Assembly: GCF_036321535.1 (NCBI RefSeq)
Contig: NC_087437.1
Coordinates: 108,750,001-108,814,000, forward strand
DNA length: 64,000 bases
DNA from: Camelus dromedarius
Lineage: Eukaryota
Direction: 5' to 3'
Shown here one piece after another: positions 52,201-59,140 of the stretch. The position numbers and the translations under genes were made by a program. Position 1 is the first letter of the stretch; each line of letters opens with the position of its first letter. A model generated the notes under the pieces. That model worked only from the letters and a program-made list of their open reading frames with translations, did not search any database and was not told the origin of the DNA.

Positions 52201-53702
52201 CATGTTATAATTGCTTATGGTTATGTAGAAGAATGGCACTGTTTTTAGAATATACATGCTTAAGTATTTAGGAGTTAAGTGTCATGATTTCTGCAACTAA
52301 TTCTCATTTGGGTCAGCAAAATACATATATTTAGAGAGAGAAAGCAAACATGACCAAAGATTAACAGTTGGTGAACCTAGGAACAGAATTTGAGTTGTCA
52401 CTCTAAATATTTTTGTAACTTTTATTCATATTTGGAATGTTTCAAAATTAAAAGATTGAGAAAATTTAAGTAAAAAATAAACTAAATGAAAATGCAAGTA
52501 AAGTATTTAGCAGAGTACTGACACAAGGTAAGTTACTATTATTATAATTGATATTAACCTCCAAAACAGATTAAGAGACAGATCTAAGAAAATATGGTAC
52601 TGAGATCACTAGAATTGAATCAGAAACAGGAAAAAAGCATCCTCATAAAATTAGACTGTAATATAACAAACCTAGTACCATAAAAAAATCTCATTATAAT
52701 ATCTCTAAGAGTGTAGCTTTAATCCATTTTGGGGTCTTCTCTTTAGTGATTTTGTACTATATGCCAATCCTTGTTCTAGGCTCTGAGGATAACAGCAGCA
52801 GATAAAAACACGCGTTCATAATACTTATCCTATATCTATATCCTAGTGTAACAAGACAGAAAATGAAGCCCGACGGTAAACGAATAGTATATTAGAAGTC
52901 ATAAGAGTAATGGAGTAAAATAAAGCAGGAAAGGAGAACAGGGAGAGGGGGAGGGCTACAATTTAAAATAGGGCGATCATGGGAGACCTCACTGAGATGT
53001 CTAGGGCAAAATTTGGAGCCACCTAACAAAAGAGCGGTCGGGCAGCCTGCCAGGCAAGGTCAAGACTCGGTGAAGAGATCAGTGTGGACAGATGGAATGA
53101 GTGAGGAAAAGGGAGTTGAAAATGGGGTTGGAGATGGAAAGGAGCCGGGGCAGACCACATACCACGTACATCATCGTAAGGGCTTTGGCCCCCGAGGGAT
53201 GTGAGGACTCACAGCAGGTTTTTAGCAAAGGAGCGGCATGATCCGAGATACCCTGCACACCTGGCTCACTTTAACTGTTTCCTATCCGGCTCACTTTAAC
53301 TGTTTCCTATCCAACTCCCTTGTTTCCAGCGCTACCGATCCCTTCTACCCTGGTCAGGTAACCTTCCAGCTTAAGATGACACTGAACGTATTCTTAGTAA
53401 AAACGTTAGGTATGGGGGAGTGCCCGGGTTGGGACAGTTCTAGCTTGGAACATCTTTTCTCTCACGACTCCCCAGTCTGCTCAGAGATAACCCACCCTGC
53501 CCGCGGGGACGCACACACAACAGGGAGGTCACACTCGACACGCAAACACACGCCTCCCCACAGCGGAGCTCCACATATCCTCCAGCCGTGTGCGGGGCGG
53601 AGCGGAGCCAGCCGCTGCGAGGCGGGGACTCCCGGGTCGGCCGGGCCACCGCGCACTCACCCTCAGGTTCCCCTTGGTCCTTTGCTTGTTCTTCCCGCCC
53701 AT
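4340..53702 (-). CDS. LTN1: E3 ubiquitin-protein ligase listerin, full spliced CDS span (30 exons, 1765 aa)
   Basis: N-terminus [25 protein letters not shown] and C-terminal RWD plus RING (CMIC...[33 protein letters not shown]) are characteristic of listerin. Exon lengths sum to 5298 nt with consistent phases. Confidence 0.98.
5013..5180 (-). CDS. LTN1: LTN1 exon 29 (168 nt; RING N-part)
   Basis: AACAG acceptor; [34 protein letters not shown]...[19 protein letters not shown] donor. Confidence 0.97.
6053..6247 (-). CDS. LTN1: LTN1 exon 28 (195 nt; RWD domain)
   Basis: TTGCAG acceptor; [14 protein letters not shown]...LPSNYPL...YLTHQ; GTAAGT donor. Confidence 0.96.
6600..7575 (+). mobile_element. 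L2 fragment(s)
   Basis: AGTCTCCCTAACTGG; 3' end ACAGTGCCTTGCACCTGTAGGTATTCCAATATAT. Confidence 0.5.
7590..7687 (+). mobile_element. L1 3'-end fragment
   Basis: TGAATCACTATATTGTACACCTG...TACATCAACTATACTTCAATAA plus A-rich tail. Confidence 0.7.
7876..8096 (-). CDS. LTN1: LTN1 exon 27 (221 nt)
   Basis: CCTCAG acceptor; [31 protein letters not shown]...FNGMT; GTTAGT donor. Confidence 0.96.
8986..9157 (-). CDS. LTN1: LTN1 exon 26 (172 nt)
   Basis: CATCAG acceptor; [19 protein letters not shown]...LQLSIR(D); GTCAGT donor. Confidence 0.95.
9990..11300 (+). mobile_element. Two adjacent L1 3' fragments (L1MC-like then L1MB-like)
   Basis: AATCTAACCATGAGGAAA..TCAGACAAATCCAAA, then ATGACCCAGAAATCCCAC...GAAATAAGCCAGACACAAAAGACCACA...ATGTTCTAAAATTAGA. 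Confidence 0.7.
12487..12505. repeat. (TG)n microsatellite
   Basis: Perfect TG run. Confidence 0.95.
12697..12883 (-). CDS. LTN1: LTN1 exon 25 (187 nt)
   Basis: TTCTTAG acceptor; [20 protein letters not shown]...KAASSQ; GTAAAT donor. Confidence 0.95.
14578..14712 (+). mobile_element. tRNA-Ala-derived SINE (Vic-1-like)
   Basis: A-box/B-box head ...CTTAGCATGC...GGTCCTGGGTTGAATCC; A-rich tail; 13-bp TSD AAGAAGAGAGAGT at 14565-14577 and 14713-14725. Confidence 0.88.
14883..15361. mobile_element. Tigger-family non-autonomous DNA transposon (MER47/Tigger5-like)
   Basis: Terminal inverted repeats sharing ACTTATGAT; TA target duplications at 14881-14882 and 15362-15363; internal TAGGCTAGGCTAAGCT..GATGTTCGGTAG typical of the family as recalled. 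Confidence 0.8.
15378..15452 (-). CDS. LTN1: LTN1 exon 24 (75 nt)
   Basis: TTCCAG acceptor; [24 protein letters not shown](L); GTAAGT donor. Confidence 0.95.
15790..16027 (-). CDS. LTN1: LTN1 exon 23 (238 nt)
   Basis: CATCAG acceptor; [17 protein letters not shown]...YHMLY(K); GTAAGA donor. Confidence 0.95.
16521..16734 (-). CDS. LTN1: LTN1 exon 22 (214 nt)
   Basis: TTTTAG acceptor; [19 protein letters not shown]...LVTVT(G); non-canonical GCAAGT donor. Confidence 0.94.
17631..17775 (-). CDS. LTN1: LTN1 exon 21 (145 nt)
   Basis: CACAG acceptor; [20 protein letters not shown]...LAWLE; GTAAAT donor. Confidence 0.95.
17964..18099 (-). CDS. LTN1: LTN1 exon 20 (136 nt)
   Basis: TTTAG acceptor; [13 protein letters not shown]...DIFLFS(C); GTAGGT donor. 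Confidence 0.94.
18400..18900. mobile_element. Tail-to-tail L2 3'-end fragments
   Basis: GTAAGCTCCATGAGGGCAGG...CTAGCACGATGCCTG (plus) followed by TGCTAGATGCTGGGGAGATA...AGTCCCTG (minus). Confidence 0.6.
19500..21045 (+). mobile_element. L2 fragment(s)
   Basis: C/T-rich L2-like body (GTCTAAAACTGAAC, AAGTCCAAACTCCTTAGC) ending CTCAATAAGTGTTTATTCAATTAATAAATAAATGAA. Confidence 0.6.
21357..21500 (+). mobile_element. tRNA-Ala-derived SINE (Vic-1-like)
   Basis: TAGCTCAGTGGTAGAGC...GGGTTCAATCC; TSD TAAGAAATACTT at 21339-21350 and 21501-21512. Confidence 0.88.
21568..21710 (-). CDS. LTN1: LTN1 exon 19 (143 nt)
   Basis: AAACAG acceptor; [19 protein letters not shown]...VCSTN(G); GTTAGT donor. Confidence 0.94.
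21900..24470. mobile_element. L1 cluster (minus-strand old L1 with nested L1MB-like 3' end at ~22820-23225; plus-strand L1 3' end at ~24040-24470)
   Basis: CCCCTGGCAACTACCATTTTACTTTCTGTCTCTATGAATTTGACT; TTCCTAGAAGCAGAATTGC; GATTAGTGGTTGCCAG. Confidence 0.7.
25168..25272 (-). CDS. LTN1: LTN1 exon 18 (105 nt)
   Basis: TTTTAG acceptor; [17 protein letters not shown]...YRRKE(G); GTATTC donor. Confidence 0.94.
26111..26209 (+). mobile_element. tRNA-Ala-derived SINE (Vic-1-like)
   Basis: GGGGGAGGGCATAGCTTAGTGG...GGGTTCAATCCC...poly(A); degenerate flanking repeat AATTGGG. Confidence 0.85.
26340..26499 (-). CDS. LTN1: LTN1 exon 17 (160 nt)
   Basis: CTGTCAG acceptor; [17 protein letters not shown]...QLLFN(R); GTAAGA donor. 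Confidence 0.94.
27259..27392 (+). mobile_element. tRNA-Ala-derived SINE (Vic-1-like)
   Basis: TATAGCTCAGTGGTAGAGTGCATGCTTAGCATGCACGAGGTCCTGGG; (AAAT)n tail. Confidence 0.87.
28138..28324 (-). CDS. LTN1: LTN1 exon 16 (187 nt)
   Basis: TTACAG acceptor; [15 protein letters not shown]...ELEEI(I); GTAAGT donor. Confidence 0.94.
28758..28902 (-). CDS. LTN1: LTN1 exon 15 (145 nt)
   Basis: TTTTCAG acceptor; [20 protein letters not shown]...RQSLPMQ; GTATGT donor. Confidence 0.94.
29941..30094 (-). CDS. LTN1: LTN1 exon 14 (154 nt)
   Basis: TTTTAG acceptor; [14 protein letters not shown]...SLDIK(S); GTACCC donor. Confidence 0.94.
30923..31162 (-). CDS. LTN1: LTN1 exon 13 (240 nt)
   Basis: CTCTTAG acceptor; [15 protein letters not shown]...KTHLP(D); GTAATA donor. 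Confidence 0.95.
31260..31284. repeat. (TG)n microsatellite
   Basis: Perfect TG run about 100 bp upstream of the exon 13 acceptor. Confidence 0.95.
31656..31845 (-). CDS. LTN1: LTN1 exon 12 (190 nt)
   Basis: TTTTAG acceptor; [25 protein letters not shown]...SQHVQN(D); GTAGGT donor. Confidence 0.94.
34388..34429 (-). CDS. LTN1: LTN1 exon 11 (42 nt)
   Basis: TTTCAG acceptor; [20 protein letters not shown] donor. Confidence 0.92.
34808..35614 (-). CDS. LTN1: LTN1 exon 10 (807 nt, largest)
   Basis: TTTCAG acceptor; [15 protein letters not shown]...VLDDLTE within ORF 34784-35653; GTATTA donor. Confidence 0.96.
36487..36622 (-). CDS. LTN1: LTN1 exon 9 (136 nt)
   Basis: TTCTTAG acceptor; [30 protein letters not shown]...INDQ; GTATTT donor. 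Confidence 0.95.
37134..37246 (+). mobile_element. tRNA-Ala-derived SINE (Vic-1-like)
   Basis: Intact head, long poly(A); 12-bp TSD TGAAAAAGATCC at 37122-37133 and 37247-37258. Confidence 0.9.
37506..37696 (-). CDS. LTN1: LTN1 exon 8 (191 nt)
   Basis: poly-T GGTAAG acceptor; [16 protein letters not shown]...TSLVA(G); GTAAGG donor. Confidence 0.95.
38273..38446 (-). CDS. LTN1: LTN1 exon 7 (174 nt)
   Basis: TTTTAG acceptor; [17 protein letters not shown]...LTTIE; GTATGT donor. Confidence 0.96.
38849..38952 (-). mobile_element. tRNA-Ala-derived SINE (Vic-1-like)
   Basis: Reverse-complement head (GGAGGTACTGGGGATTGAACCCAGG...CTACCACTGAGCTA); 12-bp TSD CAGAAATATGAG at 38837-38848 and 38953-38964. 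Confidence 0.9.
41708..41890. mobile_element. hAT-Charlie MITE (MER58-like) inserted in an L1
   Basis: CAGAGGTCAGTAAAC...TTGCAAATCCCTG termini with an internal AAATATTTTAG...GCAGCCA segment. Confidence 0.65.
43747..44040. mobile_element. Tigger-family DNA transposon fragment (MER44/Tigger7-like)
   Basis: GAGTTCAATGTTAATGAA...CAGGAACCTAATCCTGTATTTCCCCTA...AATAACAAGAATCGACT terminus resembles the recalled consensus. Confidence 0.7.
44410..44590 (-). CDS. LTN1: LTN1 exon 6 (181 nt)
   Basis: CATCAAG acceptor; [15 protein letters not shown]...KHSIPQ; GTATCT donor. Confidence 0.95.
45306..45358 (-). CDS. LTN1: LTN1 exon 5 (53 nt)
   Basis: TGTAG acceptor; [17 protein letters not shown](Q); GTAAGT donor; not in ORF track. 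Confidence 0.95.
45890..46120 (-). mobile_element. MIR
   Basis: MIR core CCACTTTAACAGATGAGGAAATGGAGGCATAGA...ACTTGCCCATGGTCA. Confidence 0.7.
47685..47915 (-). CDS. LTN1: LTN1 exon 4 (231 nt)
   Basis: AATAG acceptor; [15 protein letters not shown]...CKDEITS; GTAAGT donor. Confidence 0.96.
48459..48557 (-). CDS. LTN1: LTN1 exon 3 (99 nt)
   Basis: TTTTAG acceptor; AMQEFGTMC...FCKISL; GTAAGT donor. Confidence 0.96.
49053..49256 (-). CDS. LTN1: LTN1 exon 2 (204 nt)
   Basis: CTAG acceptor; [11 protein letters not shown]...KKDVTTKLK; non-canonical GCAAGT donor. Confidence 0.95.
51640..52460 (+). mobile_element. L1MC-like 3' fragment
   Basis: AACCTGAATCTAATCACAAGGAA..TTAGACAAATCT; similar to the copy at ~10000-10700. 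Confidence 0.6.
52760..53262 (-). mobile_element. L2 fragment
   Basis: TGTTCTAGGCTCTGAGGATAACAGCAG...GGGAGACCTCACTGAG...CATCGTAAGGGCTTTGG...GCATGATCCGA. Confidence 0.55.
53263..53312. repeat. Perfect 25-bp tandem duplication
   Basis: GGCTCACTTTAACTGTTTCCTATCC x2. Confidence 0.95.
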
Positions 53703-54030
53703 GGTCGCGGTCTCAGCCGCTCTCTCAGCCCGCAGCCCCCGGGTTGACACAGGCGGGCCACAACTTCCGGCCCCTTTCACCGGAAAAGGGTTCACAGGAA
53801 CGACTTCCCCCGGCCCTCCCGTTCCGTCACCCATCCCGCCCTCCTGCCTCCCCGCTTCCGCTCCCGCCTCCTGACGAGTCCCTGAAGGTCTGCGGCGGGA
53901 TACGTCACAACTAGAGTCACGCCTACCTGGGTGACGTCATTCCCACCCAATAGGAAGCCAAGCGTTGGACCGACGGCGCCAAATCCTGCTTTCCTTGCTT
54001 TCCTGAGGCAAGATTCGTTCCTTAGCGGGT
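53420..54030 (-). promoter_or_regulatory. LTN1 CpG-island promoter
   Basis: GC/CpG-rich around exon 1; ETS/GABP-type ACTTCCGG at 53763-53770; full CRE TGACGTCA at 53932-53939; CCAAT at 53947-53951; half-CRE ACGTCA near 53902. Confidence 0.88.
53661..53702 (-). CDS. LTN1: LTN1 exon 1 (coding part, 42 nt)
   Basis: GCGACC-ATG-G Kozak context; [14 protein letters not shown]; donor GTGAGT at 53660-53655. Confidence 0.96.
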
Positions 54031-54154
54031 AGTGAGTTGGCTTGAGCCATAAGAGAGAAATTTTAATACAAAGGTGGCAGTAGAATGACATGGTAATGGT
54101 TGAGAGAAGATAGAAAGATGTTAAACCTTTAATGCATTGTATTTTATGCAATCT

Positions 54155-54278
54155 TCACCATCACCTGGATGTTGGTTAGAAATGCAGACGGTCAGACTCA
54201 CTTTGGGACTATTAAATAAGATTTTGCATTTTAACAAGGTTCCTAGGTCCTGTTAAAATTTGAAAAGTAGTGCTCTAA
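54155..54278. mobile_element. MER5-like hAT fragment
   Basis: TTAGAAATGCAGA...TGCATTTTAACAAG...TTTGAAAAG...TGCTCTA. Confidence 0.55.
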
Positions 54279-54729
54279 GCAATATTCTCTAAATCCGTCC
54301 CCTGCCCTTTTTCTTCCATATCAAAAAGTGTTAAATGTGCAATTTATAGAAAAGAGTAGTGTGGTAGTATCTACTAAAATTGAAATTTACAAGTTTTGTT
54401 GTTAGTGGTTTCACTTCTCAGAATCACATTGGAAAAGCAAGCACATGTTCCTGGTTATTGTCTCTCCTGTCCACACAATCACCCCTTTATACTCAATTCC
54501 ATGATCCTGAGGCCTTGCCAACTATTTCTCCTTTAGTCAACTGACTTCCTGTTCGGCTCCATCAACGGGGGACTAGAAGGAGAGTGAAAGAGAAGAGGAA
54601 GGAGAAGGGACTTCCTCCATGCTGTAATCATCCCAGCTGCAGCGTTTTGCCCCTGCAGCAGCAGTTGGCTTAGGTAGCAGTTGTTTTTGGTCTGATTTTT
54701 TTTTCCCCCAACAATCAGAATCAACCTTA

Positions 54730-55180
54730 TTGTGCACGTCAGGTGTACTAGCAGCAGCCAGGCAAGACCCACCCCTCCGGGGTCTGAGTCCTAGCTGCAC
54801 GGGGCCCCTCCTCTGAGCTCCTAAGACAGCCAAAGTCGCCCGCTTCTAAGAAGTCACAGCCCCAGCACCATGAGGTCCCTTCTTTGAGCTCCAGAGACCA
54901 GCTACAGCCAAGCACCACCCTCTCTTCATAGACTTGAACTGAGCTACAACTTTTCAAGGCCCTCCTCCAATCAGCTAACTTCAAATTACCCTAAACTTTT
55001 CTTTCCTTCGTTCCTTTCCTAGCTCTAAGGATAGTAAATGCTGTGCAGTGACTACCTTTATGTTACCTCAGGATTCTCTTTTTGCTTTTCTAATCCCTTT
55101 AAACAAATTTTCCATATTAATTTTTTTTCTCTTTAAATAATCAGTGAAGTTTCCGTTTTCCTGACTGGACCCTGACCAAA
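54730..55180 (+). mobile_element. Possible ERVL-type solo LTR
   Basis: 3' end TAAATAATCAGTGAAGTTTCCGTTTTCCTGACTGGACCCTGAC resembles ERVL LTR termini; boundaries uncertain. Confidence 0.4.
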
Positions 55181-55385
55181 AAATTCACTCAATGGAAAAA
55201 AAATGCATTCAATGAGACATACTGCAGGATGTTCACTAAAACATTAATAGCAAGATAACTGAAAACAATCCACTGTATATCCATTGGGGAATGGTTAAGT
55301 AAATTGTATCTATTCTATGGATTATTAGGCAGCAGTTGAGAGAGGTTTATCTATGCATACATGGGAAGAATTATAAGATATTCTT

Positions 55386-55476
55386 TTTTTGTTTTAGGTT
55401 TATCTTTAGAGGAGGTACTAGGGGTTGAACACAGGACCTCGTGCATGCTAAGCATATGCTCTACCACTGACTCGCC
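55386..55476 (-). mobile_element. tRNA-Ala-derived SINE (Vic-1-like), slightly 5'-truncated
   Basis: GGAGGTACTAGGGGTTGAACACAGG...CTACCACTGA; near-perfect TSD AAGA(T/C)ATTCTT. Confidence 0.85.
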
Positions 55477-55774
55477 AAGACATTCTTAAATTAAAAGCAA
55501 ATAGAGTAGTATCAGAGTATGATACCATTTGCCTGAAAAATTTATTTAAAAATATCATGTATTATATGGATACATATGTGTTATATAAATACACAGAAAA
55601 AAAGTCTGCAAGGATCATACCAATTTGATAATTGTAGCTAATCCTTGGGGGAAAGAGGTGGCAAGAAAAGAGTTTAGGGTTGTGAGTTATAGTCAAAGGA
55701 AATTAAGCCTTTGTAAGATTTTATTTTATACAAGGAGACTGTGTTCATGTATTGTGTAATTAAAAATAAAAATA

Positions 55775-55867
55775 GGAGGATGGGCGGGTATGACTCTGTG
55801 GCAGAGTGTGTGCTTGGCATGCATGAGGTCCTGGGTTCAATCCCCAGGGCCTCTGTTAAGGGAAAAA

Positions 55868-55902
<35 letters not shown>

Positions 55903-55905
55903 ATA
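55775..55905 (+). mobile_element. tRNA-Ala-derived SINE (Vic-1-like)
   Basis: Diverged head ...GAGGTCCTGGGTTCAATCCCCAG; (AAAT)n tail. Confidence 0.85.
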
Positions 55906-55968
55906 TTTAATCTAGTTGTTTGTATATCTTACATTATCAGTTACACAAATCGTAGTATCCTCATTCTT

Positions 55969-56035
55969 TTTTTTAATTTTTTTAACATTTTTTATTGATT
56001 TATAATCATTTTACAATGTTGTGTCAAATTCCAAA
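55969..56035 (-). mobile_element. Very short, young 5'-truncated L1 3' end
   Basis: poly-T then TTTATTGATTTATAATCATTTTACAATGTTGTGTCAAATTCC; perfect 16-bp TSD TAGTATCCTCATTCTT at 55953-55968 and 56036-56051. Confidence 0.8.
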
Positions 56036-57109
56036 TAGTATCCTCATTCTTAAGAGTTATACACTATAGTTGGGAAACAGCTTAATACATAAGAACAGCA
56101 CTAGATATTATGCAATTCACTGATAGTTTGGGTGTCACATATCAAAAATGCTACAGGAAGGGGCGATTAATGTACTGAGATAGTCAGAAAAACTTCCTGG
56201 ATGACTTTAGCCCAAAGCTTAGACAAAATTAGGAAGAGCAGAATGATTATAGAAGGTTAAATGATACTGGAGTAGAGAAAGCATTCCTAGCCAATGCTCC
56301 AGTGTCAGAAAACCATACATAAAATGATTGATAAATTTAAGTACATTAATTTGAAAGTGTTTTTTTCCTGTGTCAGAAAAATTTGCTTAGACCAACTTAG
56401 GAAATATCTGCAACAGTAACTAGAGATTGATATGCCTACTGTTAAAAAAAAATTCTTAAAAATAAATATTTTAAGGCTGCCCACATAAGTATAAATAAGA
56501 CATAAACAGCAATTCACCAGAAAAGAAATAATTGACCAGTATACATATAAAAGATATTAGCCCGCACCAAAAGTCAAATGAAGATAACATAAAACAATGT
56601 AGTTTTTTTTTTTCATTTATTAAATTGGCAAAGTGATAATAATCAGTATTGGTAAAAATCAAGAGAAAAGGAAAGGAAAGAGAAAAAGACTTCCAATTTT
56701 CATTTCTCCACCTTTCACAAGTGCAATTTGGCAAGGCAAATCCAGAGCTTAAGAGTGAACTTCCACTTCTTACCTGAAGAGTACAGCACCTTTATTTTTG
56801 AAACCAAACCAAAACGTTAACATCTCCTGACCAAAACAGTGAACTGCTGAAATTAATTACTGTACATTCAGACAACCGAATACAAAGCGGTCTTTGAAAA
56901 TAGTGGAAGAATATTTAATGTCATGGAAATGTTTACAATTTAATGTTTAATTAAAGAAGGCAGATACATAACAGCATGTATAGTATGATTTGTTTAAAAA
57001 GAAAGAAAGAAAGAAAGGCCACATATACACATATACAAAGATAATACACTAGAAAATAAAACGTAAAACCAAAATTTGCCTTCTTCGGTGCAAGATTATC
57101 ATGGGTGAG

Positions 57110-57350
57110 GTTTATTTATTTATTACTGAAGTATAGTCGGTTTACAAAGTTGTGTTAATTTCTGGAGCACAGAATAGTGATCCATTTATACATGTATGTA
57201 TTTATATTCTTTTTCATTATTGGCTATTACAAGGCATTGAATAGAGTTCCCTATGCTATACAGTAGGACCTTGTTGTTTATCTATTTTATACACAGTAGT
57301 TAGTTTCTGTAAATGCCGAACTCGCAATTTATCCCTCCAACCTTCCCTCC
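57110..57350 (-). mobile_element. Cetartiodactyl-type L1 3' end
   Basis: TGAAGTATAGTCGGTTTACAA...GTTCCCTATGCTATACAGTAGGACCTTGTTGTTTATCTATTTTATA. Confidence 0.75.
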
Positions 57351-57499
57351 TTGGGTAAGTTTTAAATCCAGTTATTTCTACATTTTCTGTAAGTCATCTT
57401 TTCTAATAAAAATGTATTATATACATTTATTTACATATATTTTGGGAGGGGGGAGGAGCAAGAGAGAACAAGTTCACAAAATCCAAAATGCCAAAAGCT

Positions 57500-58460
57500 T
57501 CCGGGGGAGGTGGGGGCGGGGAGAGTAAGCCTTCAGTAATTCCCTAGTTAAAAACGAGGGTATATACGCTGGACCTCGAAGGTGTCACTGGGTCCTAGTG
57601 AGCATCATTCCTCCTAATTATCCCGGCAGTTAGCAACATCCGGGAAATTCCAAGAGAATGAAGATCAATGCCTTTTTTTCCCAAAAGATAACGATTAAAA
57701 AAAAAAAATGTCATCTAGGGACGAGAGCAGAAGCTGGCTGGGTTGCACGATTCCCGCTTGAAAGACAAAACCGCAGTGCAGGGCTCGAGCCAGGGTCAGA
57801 AACCTTCCACCGCATCCGAAAACACGGCTCCCAGCTGCGGTTACCCGACATGCTCACTGCCCAACGCGAACCACGCCTCCGACCCTCAAGGGCTAGTGCT
57901 TCCGAGCCGCGCTGAGGAAGGCAGGGCGCATGCGTGAAGTAGCTGTGCGCCGGGCGGTCCTGTGCTTGGCGATTGCGGGGTCTTAAGAGGAGGCCAAGGC
58001 GTCCGTCAAGGCCCAGCGCACTTGGGAGATGCTCTGGACTGCGGTTTCCGTAGGTAGCCAGGCACCTGCCTTTCATGCTGAGCTGGAATCTTCCCTCCCC
58101 GGGCCCTCCTCCTCGAAGGGGTCCGCTTTTGACATTTCATAGGAATGACAAAGGACGTTAAGGCCTTCATCCCTACCCCAACCCGGTGGGGTCAGATTGC
58201 CAGATTGTGCTTCAGTGGAAGGCTCCTTGTGCCCTTATGCAGAATTTTGATGGGCTCAATGTGTACTAAGTAGTCGTAATCATTGTTTCCGGGTGTAAGG
58301 GGCGGGCAAATAACGTACGTACACCTGTCACATGCCATCAACTCTAGGCTGCCTTGCAGCTTAATGGAATTTTACGAATGATACGTTCTGTTGAGTTTCC
58401 CTGATATACAGCTTTCTTAAAAAAGGGGGAAAAAAAGTCAGTTTTTTATAAATGCCGAAA
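57500..58460. promoter_or_regulatory. Orphan CpG-rich promoter/enhancer-like element between LTN1 and RWDD2B
   Basis: Dense CpGs in an otherwise CpG-depleted region; NRF1-like GCGCATGCGT at 57926-57935; GC boxes at 57513-57521 and 58299-58307; no recognisable coding exon. Confidence 0.65.
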
Positions 58461-59140
58461 GTAACCATCAGTTCCGCACAGCAGCAGATGCAGGTTTTTT
58501 AAATGCAGTTAACGTACAGATGGTAGGACTGGCTTTGACTTCGTTACTCCAACTTCAGTTAACTTGGATTTGTGGGATTAATTTTAGAATTTTTAAATTT
58601 TGTTTTACTTAAGAGTACTATTGCTTGTGCAGGAATTACTTTTACAAATAAAAATTGACATGTAGCCAATGTTTTCTGTCCACATTTTTGCTTTCTATAG
58701 CTCTTCTAACTTTTAAACATAATTTGATTTGGGACTAATAGTTTCTTTAAAGAATTTATCATTATTTCTTTATAGATGATTCGAGTTCAAGGTATTTTTC
58801 AGATTAACACATTGACAAATTGTCATTGCGCAGTACATATATATATGCAATCATACTGAATAATTTTATATTTAAAGATGTGTATGTATGAAGTCTATAA
58901 TCATTGGTAGAAGTCTAAGAAAGCTATATTGCCTATTCTAACATTTAACTGTAGTTTCTTACAGCTTTTTTTGGGTGTCTTACATTATATAATGTAGGCA
59001 GGACCATCTAACTTGCTGTTTTCTTTTTTGATGACTAATACTTCCATCCATTTTCAAAAATATTGACCAATCATGAGGTTGGAAAATCTGTACTTCTCTT
59101 GGTCACTATGTTAATAATCTAATGTCTAAATTTGGCAGGT

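Noticed and set aside
9990..52460. Similarity between ~10000-10700 and ~51640-52460 as a local duplication
   Set aside because: Both look like independent diverged copies of the same old L1 3' region.
53238..53914. Overlapping plus-strand ORFs (169, 108 and 94 aa) across the LTN1 promoter
   Set aside because: Expected by chance in GC-rich, stop-poor CpG-island DNA; no recognisable protein similarity.
57658..58076. 85-aa, 64-aa and 121-aa ORFs in the orphan CpG element
   Set aside because: Arg/Pro/Ser-rich composition typical of spurious GC-rich ORFs; no domain recognised.
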